A DNA stretch of 64,000 nt from Spironucleus salmonicida (taxonomy: Eukaryota), in assembly GCF_000497125.1 (NCBI RefSeq), contig NC_090596.1, forward strand, positions 744,001 through 808,000, in the 5' to 3' direction. Positions 48,301 to 60,321 of this stretch are shown one piece after another. The notes under the pieces were generated by a model. The model was not told the DNA's origin. It worked only from the letters and a program-made list of their open reading frames with translations, and did not search any database. The number at the start of each line of letters is the position of its first letter. Within the stretch, counting starts at the first letter, position 1. The position numbers and the translations under genes were made by a program.

Positions 48301-50913
48301 TTCCAAAAATATAAAAATGATACAACAAGCTGCCTGTACTATTTATCATGGCTAGGTTTAGATCAAAACTCTAATTTTAAAGAAACTTTTGGTGATAAAG
48401 TATAACATTTTGATTGTCCACAATATTCATTTTAAGTTATTAGTCAAAATTTACATGGCCCAATTCCAAAAATTGACGGATTTAAAAATTATAAATAACT
48501 ATACCTTGACCATAAATACCTTTATGATCCATTAACTCACGAATAAAATGATGGTATTTTACCTTATTTTAAATATTATCATAGTGAAATTATGTCATAA
48601 TAGTGTGGCGAGCTTGATTATTGCATAAAATACTGTTAGGATTTCAGATCTTAGTATAAGAAATGCAATGAAACCTTTGAATATGAAACATGTAAAGAAA
48701 GTTGTGCAAATACTTATAACTGTGTTAAGTAGAATATTAACGTTTTGAATTAGTAAGTTTATTAAGTAAAAACTGTAAAAGAAGGATTATTAAATTATAG
48801 AAACTTCTCCGTTTCGCATAGTTTGAATGTTGAAATAAACAAAACTTCCTACAATGAAAACTAGTTATTTTAAGAGTTTACAAAGAATATGCCATATGCT
48901 ATAATTAATTTGGTAAATGAAACAGATAATGCAATTGATGTTAATATTTCGATGCTGCTTCCCTTTACTGGTCATTCATAATAATATTATACTTTTAATG
49001 ACGCATCTGCAAACTATAACAATTATTATAAATATGACTGCGAAACTGGTATAACTCTATCACATAAGCTAAAAAGCTATTTTGAATAGCAAGGTGTAAA
49101 AGGTGCTAGAGATACATTTAAGCTCTATACTTCAGTTTCTTAAAACTAACCAGATCGCTCTCACGCCTAATTGATGAATATTGGCTCATAGCCTATTGTA
49201 TAATTTACGGCTGCCGTCCTTAGGAAGCATTTATTCAAAAATGCGACAGATTATTCGCCATGGAATTTTAACTATAAATACAATATTTCGGAGATGCCAG
49301 TTTTTGCTACTGTGTCGTAAGAAAATTCTAGCATGACGTTTTCAGATATGCTCACTTCGATGTCCTCGCTTGAATTGATTGTAAGCGGACTATTTCCATT
49401 AGCAATTACCGCTATTCAGGTCGGAAGAGAATACGAGCTAGACGCACAAGTACTTTTCTAGATTCACGGTATCTCACAGTCACGTTGGGCGATCATGACG
49501 CTGATTTACTTTGAAGGTGTGGCCCTGGCATTAACTGCAGGAAATCTACTCCTAGCCTATATAATTTGCCCGTTCATTATAGTTGACTAGTACCTGACCG
49601 TAGCTTTTCACATTCTGTAGTCGCTTACTAGTGTGGTGTCCGGACTCCTCATTGCCATCATAACCAAACGATTGAAGCCCTCTTCTATGATAGCCTTCCT
49701 TGTAATTATTCTATCTCTGGTATTCCAGTTCATGTTCCTTAACACCCGTAAATTTTCATTCGTAATATCTCTTTTTGTGCCTGCTTATGGTTTCGTATAT
49801 CAGCAGTCTTTGACAGTTTGGGGATAATAATACGATTAACTCATGTTTTTATCCTCATTCGTGCTATTCGGTCTTTAGATAGTCCTTATTTTCGTAATAG
49901 TTAACTGGAATCTTATGTTCGGCAAAACTAAGAAATAACAAAGACAGATAGGCGAGGAGACGTCAGCGCTCCTTCATTCGGATAATCTCCAAATTCGCTC
50001 ACTATCTCATTAGTACGAAAAGGGAGTATTTGCAGTCAAATCAGTAGATTTCGACGTGGTTAAAGGTGACGTTTTTGGTCTCTTAGGATCGAACGGGAGT
50101 GGAAAATCCACTCTTCTACACTGCCTCACTGGCATCGTGAGGGGATGCACGGGCAGCGCTCAGTTTGAGGGCTAATAAATTTTGGGCAAGCCTACTATTT
50201 CTGACATCTTAACGATCGTCCCTCAGCGTGACATTTTGTTCCAAAACCTAACAGTACTGGACCATGTCAAATTCTGCATTTCCACTGCGAAAAATCCTCA
50301 TTCCATCAACGAAATCATCAAAGAAATGCAGATTGACTCTATCATCTTCAGAAAGATCGTTTCCCTCTCTGTCGGAGAAAGAAGAAAGGTATCAATCGCA
50401 CTAGCCCTCTGCGCGAATTCGTAAATCATAGCGCTAGATGAGCCCTCGTGCGGCCTCGGGGCGATCACTAAGCTGATCATTTAGGAGTCCGTTGGCAATC
50501 TGCTCAGACAGCAGAAAACGATCATTTTGACCTCGCACGACATGGAAGAAGTGGAGAGCATAGTCAGCAACTGTATTGTCATGAAAGATGGCTCAATTAT
50601 GGCCTAGGGCAGCGTAAACGACCTCAGGAAAACCAGCAAACTTCAATTTGCACTCCTCCTTCAGATTAACGCTGAGGAGTGTAATCTGATTGATTCGATG
50701 TTTAAAGAGCAGAAGTTGTTATTCACTGTAAAGTTTAACCCAATATTGGAATTCTACAGTTTTGAATTCCTGAAGGGTAGCAAAATCCAGCACGTCCTGC
50801 TAGCTTTAATTAAAAGTGGGATGGACCAATTTCCATGGGTTATCGAAGGAATTTAGCTCGAAAGAGTGTTTTTGCAGGTTGTAGGGGAGCAGGACGAGAG
50901 CCTTCTAGAGTGA
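45370..50913 (+). CDS. ABCA-family full-size transporter, ~1847 aa
   Basis: TMD-NBD x2: GEAGQGKST/LSGGM/LLLLDEITAGVDP and GSNGSGKST/LSVGERRK/IALDEPS/TSHDMEE; large extracellular loops. Confidence 0.93.
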
Positions 50914-51231
50914 AATCGCTTACTGCACTTTTCGGGTTCGGGGTGGAAAATTTAATTTTAGCAAAGTATTAAATAAGTAGTTGTGATTATAGTGAGTGCT
51001 GCTGAGGCGGTAGCGCGCTGGTTCGGGTAGGGAGCATTTGGTTGCTAATGCTAATTTACGTATATTCGATTAATTCGTGTAGCTATTATATAATAATAAT
51101 ATTTTTAATTATTTTTTACTTAAATTTTGCAGATTAAAACTTGTACGTTGGGTAGGAAGTGCGGTAAGCGCTGCTTTAGTTAAGCGGGCCTAGAATTATC
51201 TTGAATAGCAGAATTCGTCTCAAAAACCAAC

Positions 51232-52125
51232 TCACTGGCTTCTCATCACCGTCTAACCGCCAAAAACTGTATCCATAGTAGTATCTTTTACGGCCTAGGT
51301 TTAATTTTGAGCAAAGCGACTCTTCCGCTTCAAAAAGTAGCACACCGTGCCCACTGCAATCCCAATAACCAAAATACTGCCAACGGCGATGCCGGCAATT
51401 GCGCCGCCGGATATCCCTCCCTTGACGATATCGTCATCGTCACCCTAGCCCTAGGGAAGGCATAATTTTCCTACCTTGTCGAAACCGTCAGTGCAATTAG
51501 TACAAGACCCACTATCAATTGAGTAACCTTCCATGCATTCCTCGCAAGCAGATGGATCTGTATTGCTACCAGTAACTGGGGCACAAGTCTTGCAATTTAG
51601 TGCAATTAAACTACAATTACACTATGTGACTTGTCCAGTGATTCCACAATTAACACTGCTGCCATTAACGCATGTCTGGTTGAATCCCTGCGTGCACTTC
51701 TCGATGCAGGCCTGCGCGGTGCTCATCTCGGCGTAGACCTTGCACTCGGTGCACTTCGTGGCGCTGGAGCAGGCGGCGCAGGTCACGGGGCAGCGGACGC
51801 AGGTCGTGCCGGCGCAGTGGAGGCCCTTCGGACAGGGGTTCTCGGTGCTGCAGATAGAGGGAATCGGGATGCACTGGCCGTCCACCAGCTGGGTTGAGGC
51901 GTTGCACACGAAGCAGACGCCTATGGTCCGGCATGTCGTGCAGTTGGAGGGGCAGGCATGACAGATCCCCCCGACCAGGAGGAAGCCGTTCCGGCAGCTG
52001 ACGCAAAACTCTAGGTCCGTGCAGAACGTGCAATTCTTGGAGCAGGCTGTGCATACCTGGGGCGGTGCAGCGGGGCAGAACTCGGTTCGGTCGCAGTCGG
52101 TTCCGGAGGTGCAGGGCTTGGACAT
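51232..52125 (-). CDS. Cysteine-rich membrane protein (VSP/CRMP-like), 297 aa
   Basis: Many CxxC motifs; C-terminal GISGGAIAGIAVG...TM, then KRKSR. Confidence 0.88.
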
Positions 52126-53307
52126 TTTTGAAGTGCGAGATATAATTTTCATACCTAATGATAGTAATTTGTGGTTTTAGTTTTTATAATCCGAAATGTG
52201 TTTCTCCGCCACCTATGATATCTAACTAGGTAAACGAGAAACGACGTAACTCTAAAAGTGTAAATGATAAAGTAATGCCTTGATATCCACCTTATAATAA
52301 GCCAAACCCACACTAAAAATAAATTCAACCTATCAGCTATATACTGCTAAAAATACCGTTCTGGCGAGTTTATCCCCTCCAGATAAATCAACAACCCATT
52401 TGACGCTAACTTATATACATTAAAACTTACATATCATCCGCATCCGCAACCGCCCAGGCCGATGCCGCAAAGTCACCCTAGCCCAAGGGTGGCTAATAGC
52501 GGCATGCCCTCCCCAGGCTTCACAGGCCCACCCCAGCAGAGCGCCCTTACCGAGGTTACTTTGGACCGAATTCAGCATCCTGCACGTCCGCAGCAAGGAC
52601 CCGTGAGGCATTTTCGCGGCAAATTCCGGTCTGACGCCCGGGAATATGCGTGTTGGAGGCTCGAGCTGACGCACACTTGACGTCCGCAAATGGCCACGCG
52701 CGATGGCCCAAAAGCTGCATCTCTGCCAACTCCCATGGCCTTGCGCTCGCCGCCGCAGCTGGCGTCCCGGGCGTGCGCGGCCGACTGGCAGAATGGGAAT
52801 TTGGGCCTCAGTGGTGCGCGAAACAGGTGCTTTTCGTGGCCCGGAACGCACAACGTTGCGCGATTATGAGGTCACTGCAGGCGAGCGGGTGCGAAGCTGA
52901 ATGCTGGGGCCAGCTGCCTGTTTAACCACCCGAGCCAGCGCGGTTGCGCGTGCAGGCCCGGGCATCGGAATTGCCAGCGGCATACTTTAGGCTAGATGCC
53001 GTAAACTTGATGGGGCAGCCATTGAGCGCTTGCATGGCAGGGAGCTGCCGATAGTTTCGGCTGCGGTCCAGAAGTGTGTAGTGAGTACTAGCCCATTGGG
53101 AATGCGGAGTCCTCGTTCCGCTTGGGCCAAGCGGTGGGGAGAAGGCGGTTGGTGCAGCGCCAGTGAAATTGGAGCAGGGGTGGAATATAAGCAGGTCCCG
53201 CGGAACGGGCTCCTGGGGGAGAGCGCGGCTGCCGCTGCGTATGGCCAGATATCTCTATATGCCTGTTTAGCTCCAATGCCCGCTGGGCTATAAGCACACG
53301 CCATCGC

Positions 53308-53865
53308 TCACTTCCGCCGCTTCTGGCTCAGCTCGACCAGCTCCTCAAACTTCACGTCGCCGATCTGGAAGACCTCGTCGAAGTTCTCGTTGCTGACGAC
53401 GTTGGCGCCCTTGAGCTGGTTGTACCTCTAGATGAGCTCGTCGGTGCCGATGTCCATGAAGAACTGCTTCTGCACCAGGCTGAAGTCGAGCTTGAAGAAC
53501 TTCAGCGCGGAGAGCAGCAGCCGCTCGTCGATCTGGGCCGGCTGCTGGCGCATGCTGGGGATGCTCATCGGGACCTTCTGCAGCACGTCGGTCGTGATCT
53601 CGAAAAACTGGGGGCAGTCGGACGGCACAAAGGCGGTGCCGAAGTAGGACTTCTTGGCCTTCTTCTGCGCCACGAGCCTCTGGAACAGCGCCTGGAGCGT
53701 GGCCGGGGCGATGTTCAGCTGCTTGGCGAGGTGGGAGTAGTTGATCTTGGCCTGGGAGTTGAAGTACACGTTCTGGTAGATCTTGGTGAGGATCACGAGC
53801 AGCTCGTGGAACTGGAAGCTGCTGAACTAGATGGCGTTGCCGTCGGCGTCGCGGTAGATCTTCAT
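53308..53865 (-). CDS. Probable Myb/SANT-like protein, 185 aa
   Basis: DERLLLSALKFFKLDFSLVQKQFF...ELIQRYNQLK; extreme GC3; AGTGA stop. Confidence 0.7.
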
Positions 53866-54030
53866 TTCCTGAGGGCGAAGCGGGAATTGCGGAGGTGGAA
53901 GTATATAATATTCACTCGTGGGGCAGGGTGCTACGCCTCCGGATACCACCCCGCTCCGGCATCGTCCCAAGCCAGAAACCCAGCACAACATTTATATATC
54001 GCCAAATCCGCCCCGGCCCATTCTCCTTAG

Positions 54031-54615
54031 ATGACCATCGCCATGATGGAGAGCACGCAGAACCAGATGGTCCAGCTCCACAACCAGGTGGTGCTCACGC
54101 TGGCCACCCAGAAGGCCAAGGCCTACCACTTCGATATCAAGCTCAGCGTCCTCCGGCTGCAGCTCAGGTAGCAGCGCGAGGCCCGCACGGAGCCCCCAGG
54201 GCAGCAGCACTTCGGCTCCGCGCAGTTCTTCTCCCAACTCAACCTGAGCCTGCTGGCGCCGCAGACCACGAAGCTGTACTCCGTCAACGAGGTGCTCGAG
54301 TACGCCCCCAGAGTCCGCCAGAGGGCCAGCTTCCTGCAGGGGCTGGTCGACCAGAACAACGACATCGTACGCCAGATCCAGCGGGAGAAGGACCGGGGTG
54401 CGCAGCTCGCGGCGGACCTGGACCTGATCCAGGAGCGGTACCGCGACCAGCGCCAGAAGATCCAGTTCGACGGCCGGCGGAAGTTCCGCACCGAGCACGC
54501 CACCCAGCAGCAGATGCGGCTCTCCAGGGCCACGCAGGAGCTGGGGGACGTGCGGCAGCAGATAAACTGCCTCTTTCTGATGCTCAAGCGGGGCGACTTC
54601 ACCTTCGCTGAGTGA
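54031..54615 (+). CDS. Hypothetical coiled-coil protein, 194 aa
   Basis: Extreme GC3, one TAG-Gln, AGTGA stop. Confidence 0.75.
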
Positions 54616-54749
54616 GCGCGCCGGTTTCGGAATGATCCGTCCCTGGGGGCGCAGGGGCGATATCCTGCCAGCATCGAAACGCGGAACTCAGTTTCGCAAA
54701 CCACAAATATATTCCGAGCGGGATAGCCTGGGTCTGTCCGCAGCTGAAA

Positions 54750-55607
54750 ATGGCAAAACCCTGCGCCTCCGGAGCCGACTGCGACCGCACCGAGTTCTGC
54801 CCCGCTGCACCGCCCCAGGTATGCACAGCCTGCTCCAAGAATTGCACGTTCTGCGCTGACCTAGATGCGTGCGTCAGCTGCCGGAACGGCTTCCTCCTGG
54901 TCGGGGGTACCTGCAAGGCCTGCCCCTCCAACTGCACGATCTGCAAGCGTCTCGACGTCTGCTTCGTGTGCAACGCCTCCACCGAGCTGGTGGACGGCCA
55001 GTGCATCCCGATTCCCTCTATCTGCAGCACCGAGAACCCCTGTCCGAAGGGCCGCTACTGCGCCGGCACGACCTGCTTACCCTGCCCCGTGACCTGCGCC
55101 GCCTGCTCCAGCGCCACGAAGTGCACCGAGTGCAAGGTCTACGCCGAGATGAGCACCGCGCAGGCCTGCATCGAGAACTGCAAGCAGGACTTCAACCAGA
55201 CCTGCGTGAACGGCACCAAGGTGCCCTGCGGTGGTACGGAGCAGATAACGCCCTGCAACTGCAGCATATTCGCCGAGAACTGCCGCACCTGCGCCCCTGT
55301 CAGCAGGAGCGGCGCGGAACCAAGCGAATGCGCCGACTGCATGGCGGGATACGCCATATTCAGGGGATCCTGCACTGTATGTACTGACGGTTTCGACAAG
55401 GTAGGAAAGCTATGCCTCCCCTAGGGCCAGGGTGGCGATGGCGATGACGGCGGTGATGACGATGCCGCTAAGGGAGGGCTATCAGGCGGCGCGATTGCAG
55501 GGATCGTCATCGGCGGCGTGCTGGCAGTCGGTGCGGTCGGGGGCCTCGGCTGGTTCCTGGTGTCCAGAAAGGGCAGGAAGGCGCCCGTGGGGAGGCCCAA
55601 GTGGTGA
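54750..55607 (+). CDS. Cysteine-rich membrane protein (VSP/CRMP-like), 285 aa
   Basis: CxxC repeats; TAG read as Gln continues into GLSGGAIAGIVIGGVLAVGAVGGLGWFLVSRKGRK. Confidence 0.9.
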
Positions 55608-55655
55608 GGTGCGAGTGAGCGTATGTCCGCACTCGGTACAGCCAAGACACGCCGC

Positions 55656-55814
55656 TCACTCCAGGTCCTCCGTGTTGTCAAAGAGCTCGTCCATGATCTG
55701 CATCCGCGCGGCCACGGTCCGATCGAGGGCCTCAGCCCGCCCGTCCGCAGCGGGGGTCGGCCTGGGGAGGAGGGTCCGCACCAGGTCGTCCAGCTCCTTG
55801 AGCTGGGTGTTCAT
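55656..55814 (-). CDS. Small hypothetical protein, 52 aa
   Basis: MNTQLKELDDLVR...DNTEDLE; GC3 bias; AGTGA stop. Confidence 0.55.
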   Translation of the reverse strand: MNTQLKELDDLVRTLLPRPTPAADGRAEALDRTVAARMQIMDELFDNTEDLE

Positions 55815-55897
55815 TCGTAGCGCACATTATTATATCCTAAGCAGTATTGTTGCGCCGAACAATTCCCATCCTGAATTGGGGACACGACCGGTCCAAA

Positions 55898-56053
55898 ATG
55901 ATTAGCCTGGGAAAGCCGGTCATCCGGCCGTGGGGCATCCGCTTCGACAGCGCGCTGGCGACTTGCCGTTCCACCGAGGCAAAGATAGTGCTGCTCAGGT
56001 CCCCGGGCCAGGGGCAGCCGGACTCGGACTCGGAGTATGACGTGACTATCTGA
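55898..56053 (+). CDS. Micro-protein, 51 aa
   Basis: MISLGKPVIRP...DSDSEYDVTI. Confidence 0.55.
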   Translation: MISLGKPVIRPWGIRFDSALATCRSTEAKIVLLRSPGQGQPDSDSEYDVTI

Positions 56054-56346
56054 GTGTTTGTATTGCCTTGCGGGCGCCTCGCTCGATTTTTGCACCAGGG
56101 TCGCATCTCAGTCCGCGCCACAGCCCTCGGAGCCGGTCGGCCGCTGCGGCATTGGGTGCTCGGCGGCCTAACACAAGATAGGTTTCCGCAGAATCTTGTG
56201 GTCGGGCCCTGGGATGCTATATACTCAGAGTAGTGGAAAAACTTTGGCCGTTCTAAATACAGACCACGGATATATTCCCGGAATACTGCCGTTCACTCGC
56301 GACGCAAAAACCGAAAACTCGACTTCAAGCCTGCTACTGTATACAA

Positions 56347-56667
56347 ATGATCTCGGGGTCTCCAGAAATGGGCGTCGACTACTCCGACCTGGACTTCTAC
56401 GAGGACTACGAACCCAGGAGGCAGACCGAGCTGTCCGAGGTGGAGGAGGATATAGTGCTGCCGCAGCAGAGGCAGAAGCAGGAGATGGAGCAGCAGCAGA
56501 TCGCATACCTGGGGACCGTCGCGGAGGACAAGAAGATTCACCGGCAGCTCTCCAGGCAGCTCAAGTACCTCTCCAGCGGCAGCCTGATGGGCAAGATGCG
56601 TTCCAATGGGCGCAGCGTCGAGGACCGCATCGCCCAGTTCCTCGAGGACGAGGACTACGAGTACTGA
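56347..56667 (+). CDS. Hypothetical acidic protein, 106 aa
   Basis: Strong GC3 bias, AAATG start. Confidence 0.7.
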   Translation: MISGSPEMGVDYSDLDFYEDYEPRRQTELSEVEEDIVLPQQRQKQEMEQQQIAYLGTVAEDKKIHRQLSRQLKYLSSGSLMGKMRSNGRSVEDRIAQFLEDEDYEY

Positions 56668-56710
56668 AGGGAGTGAGATTACGCGAGTCACGATTCGGCC
56701 ACGGAGCCCC

Positions 56711-56836
56711 TCACAGCGTGAGCTCGTACTCCCCGTCGCTGGAGGAAGCAGCACCCGCCGCTGGCGCCGGGATGCGCAGCAGCTGGCAGACGTGCGGGGT
56801 CCTGGCCCTGAGCCTGTGAATCACCTGGTGCTCCAT
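56711..56836 (-). CDS. Micro-protein, 41 aa
   Basis: MEHQVIHRL...LLRIP...SSDGEYELTL. Confidence 0.45.
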   Translation of the reverse strand: MEHQVIHRLRARTPHVCQLLRIPAPAAGAASSSDGEYELTL

Positions 56837-56947
56837 TTCAGGGCGGCTGCGAGCGTCTACACTGGGCCGCAGGAAAAGGTGTGGCCGCGCCGATTCCACT
56901 CCACGGGGTCTGTTGCATATTATAGAGCGCGGCGCCCTTTCGCAAAA

Positions 56948-57706
56948 ATGAAGCAGCTGGCCGCGCAAGGCAGCTACCTCCTGTTGGTCAACGACCAGAC
57001 GGTCGTCCTGGAGACACCGACGCTGCAGAACTTCGTTCACGAGCTGGAGTTCGCACCACGCGAGTTCGAGTTCTACTTCCCGTTCCTCAAGCTCCAGACC
57101 GACTCCCGCACAGTGCTCATGCGGCTGAGCGCGGACGGCTCCGTGCTGGAAAAGGCAGACACACTGGACTCCGTGGCGCTCAGCAGGATCGAGAACGGGA
57201 GGCTGTCCGAGGTGGCGTACCAGGGGGCCATCGCCTCGTGCCAGAGCCCGGAGTGCGCGCAGCTCAGGTTCGCTGGCCACGTGCTCTGCGACGGTCTGAA
57301 GATCCATAGCGGGGTCGACTACATTGTTGGGCAGTACCAGCTGTACTTCCTGAGCGGACGGCTGGTGATTCTCCGGCGCGGACGGCAGCACTTCGACATG
57401 GACTACGCTGCCGAGAGGGTGTGCCTGTGCCAAAACGGCGTTGCACTGATCGGGACGGACTACATCGTCCTTGGGGCGTTCGTAAACAAAGCGGAGACTC
57501 GGATCCACGTGGGCAGGAAGTACGCGCAGGTCGTGTTCACGGAGTTCAAGATCATGGGACTTGGCGAGGACGGGTTCGTCTACCAGATCACGCCGGTGGA
57601 CCAGGATCAGGCCTTCGTAGCCGTAGAAAAGGGTGCACTGGACAGGATGTGCTACGGGCTTTGCGCCGACGGGCCGGGACAGCAACTTAGGGCATAGGTA
57701 GAGTGA
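56948..57706 (+). CDS. Hypothetical beta-rich protein, 252 aa
   Basis: AAAAATG start (MKQLAAQG), GC3 bias, AGTGA stop. Confidence 0.75.
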
Positions 57707-57753
57707 GGCTGAATAATTCACACTAGGCACTGGCGCAACAAAGTTTGTAGCGG

Positions 57754-57957
57754 TCAGATGAAGGAGTTTCTGGGCGTGATTTCCTCCAGGATGTCGAAGA
57801 TCTCGCAGTTCTTGATGGAGAACAGGTCGTCCTGCGCGGGGTGGCCCTTGAGGTAGCTCATGATGTCGTTATACAGTTGATGCTGCTATATTGGTTCTGG
57901 CTGGTCCACCGGCTCGAGGGCGTGGGGGTCGGTTCTCATGCACATGTTGGATCCCAT
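57754..57957 (-). CDS. Small protein, 67 aa, possible N-acylation motif (MGSNMC)
   Basis: Code-6 ORF with GC3-rich 3' half. Confidence 0.55.
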
Positions 57958-59154
57958 TTATTGGATACGAGAAAATAAAGATAGATGCCCGAGATTGGGG
58001 ATGATATTTGCTGTAATGTATATTTTTTCTCATTCCACATCTGCGGCTTGTGGATTGTCTACGCCGCGATCCAAGTATCGGTAAAATATTCAATACTTCG
58101 GTAAACTTTTTCGCTGAACATATATTTTCTCGTATTTGCAGCGGAATCCTCCATTTTTCCTTTTCTTCAGGATTCAGTTTCGGAGGTATTGCGTCCCCGC
58201 GCCAACAGCCAAAAGTATACGAACAAGTAAAGTAGTACAAGCATCCGGCCGCGACCCTGCAAAGTTGGTTAGGCCGCGGCTCTCAGTCGCGGAGCAGCAT
58301 CCGATACGAATGGAGCCATTTAAGTATCCTGGGCGCTGCTTGAAATCCCGCGCCGGCTGCACTCCCGAAATCGGTCCGGTTCGAGCTCATTCCATAGGGT
58401 GCTATCTATATCGGCATCGGCCAAGCCCGCTCTTACCCCGTAGAACAGCGGTCTCAGAGTCTTCCGGTAAGGGGAAAACTGTGCATGCGGTGAGGGGCGG
58501 TACCAGCAGGGGACGGCTTGGCCCAAGCGTTGAAAGCCGCGTTTGCTAGACTAAAGGCACCAGGCCTTGGCGACAGACGACGGCAGACGTGCCACATAAT
58601 CCTATCTCCGGTGAGGCACCATCGCTGGCGATGAAAGCTCACCACAGTCAGCTGCATTCAGGCGGAAGTGTTCATGGGCCGGATTTGCAGGGACTTGAAC
58701 TGCGACGATATAAACAGTAGGTACTCCATTCTTACTTCCAACCGAGCACTGCTCACTATAAATGCTTTCAATATAAATATTGTTCATCCCAGCCCTGTGC
58801 GTAACTTACAGCGAAACGGTTTCACTGAAACAGTAAAGTATACTTATTGACGAGTATAATCTGTAAAGTATCCCAGCGCTCCTGGTATTCAATTCTACTG
58901 GCTGTATGGCACTGTGCTGGAGTATTTGTGGCGCGTAGCACGAGGTCCCGAACTCGTTAGTTCCGGCCGGGCCTGCCCTTGAAGGCAACCCGAGCTATAG
59001 AATTTGAATTCAATAGAAAGGGGAGCCTCCCACGCGGTGTTCAAGCCGGCGCCAGCAGGAGTGCGGGATAGAACTGCGGCAGAGCCCGGGACCGGGAGTC
59101 GGGACGCCGCAACGGCAAGCCCGAAGAGTGAGATACATAAATACATAATTGAGA

Positions 59155-59208
59155 TCAGTTCGGTGTAAGTGTCCCCAGTAACGTAGGTGAGAGAAACCAA
59201 AACATCAT
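59155..59208 (-). ncRNA. Candidate box C/D snoRNA, copy 3
   Basis: Same sequence as 44258-44311. Confidence 0.4.
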
Positions 59209-59528
59209 TGCTGGAGCGGGGCGGGAAGGGGAGGGAGTGGTGTGGAATGGAATGGAATGTGAGGGCAAGGACCCGTGGGCGGGAAAGGTGCGATTTCTGC
59301 TCCGGCGCGACCTAGGAGTACGAGGCAGGCCTTTGTGCTAGGGCACGCGCGGCAGCTCCAGGTCTGCTAGGACGCGCGAACTTCGGCCGCCAGCATGCGC
59401 CCTGTTTCTCGTACTGCGCATTATGTGCTAGTATATGATAACCGCCACTTCAACACAGAACTTCCGGACGAAGCTAAAAATAACAACCGTCAGAAGTATC
59501 CTATACATACCATACCAGCTTTCCACAA

Positions 59529-60203
59529 ATGTTCAACCTGGAGAAAACCAACTACGCCTCGATCCAGCGCAACCGGTCCACGATCGCGCGCTCTCCCCCC
59601 AGAGTCACGGCCCACGTGTCCTTTGTGAACCAGCCTGACGTCCCCGAGCCGTTCGACATAGCCGCCCGCTGCCTCAACTCCAGCAGCGAGGAGCTTCCCG
59701 CGCCGATCACCTTAGTCCCCGCCTCGTCAGCACCGGAGCCTGTGGATAGGCTCCGGAAGAACGGCTCTCTCTTCCTCGACCACCGGCAGGCGCGGCGCGG
59801 GTCCTTCGTCGACCTGCCTCTGCCCCGGCTGACGCCCAAGACGCCGCTGGAGGTGTTCCGGGAGATTGCCCTGCTGCCGGTGGAGCCCGTGAACGACCCG
59901 AAGGAGACGGAGTTCCAGGAGGCGTTCGCGTTCGGCAGCGGCGTGAGCCTCCGCAGCCTCGAGATGGGCACGCTCTTCGGCCGCATCCTGTACCACTTCC
60001 CGCACCAGAAGAGGGCGTTCCGGGTGTCGACGAAGGCGGACCGGCTCTTCAAGATCCACAAGCCGCAGCCCAGCGGGATCCTGAACTCCGTGGACCGGAT
60101 CGTGGAGCAGGTCGAGATGGCCAACCTGGTGGACAACTACTTCAGGCTGAAGGCGGGGCGGAAGCTGCAGCGGATCCAGAGCGTGCTGGGGATGGACCAG
60201 TGA
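59529..60203 (+). CDS. Hypothetical protein, 224 aa (spacer gene of IR4)
   Basis: Near-identical to 43519-44193. Confidence 0.8.
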   Translation: MFNLEKTNYASIQRNRSTIARSPPRVTAHVSFVNQPDVPEPFDIAARCLNSSSEELPAPITLVPASSAPEPVDRLRKNGSLFLDHRQARRGSFVDLPLPRLTPKTPLEVFREIALLPVEPVNDPKETEFQEAFAFGSGVSLRSLEMGTLFGRILYHFPHQKRAFRVSTKADRLFKIHKPQPSGILNSVDRIVEQVEMANLVDNYFRLKAGRKLQRIQSVLGMDQ

Positions 60204-60267
60204 GGGCGGTGCTCCCACGGTGACCTGCCGCCGCGCCACTCCCTCCCCTTCCCGCCCCGCTCCAGCA

Positions 60268-60321
60268 ATGATGTTTTGGTTTCTCTCACCTACGTTACTG
60301 GGGACACTTACACCGAACTGA
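60268..60321 (+). ncRNA. Candidate box C/D snoRNA, copy 4
   Basis: Same sequence as 44258-44311. Confidence 0.4.

Larger units (their letters stand above)
55476..59240. repeat. IR4 left arm (>=3765 bp; outer edge not determinable)
   Basis: x pairs with 119476-x up to the window end; about 7 SNPs noticed. Confidence 0.96.
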
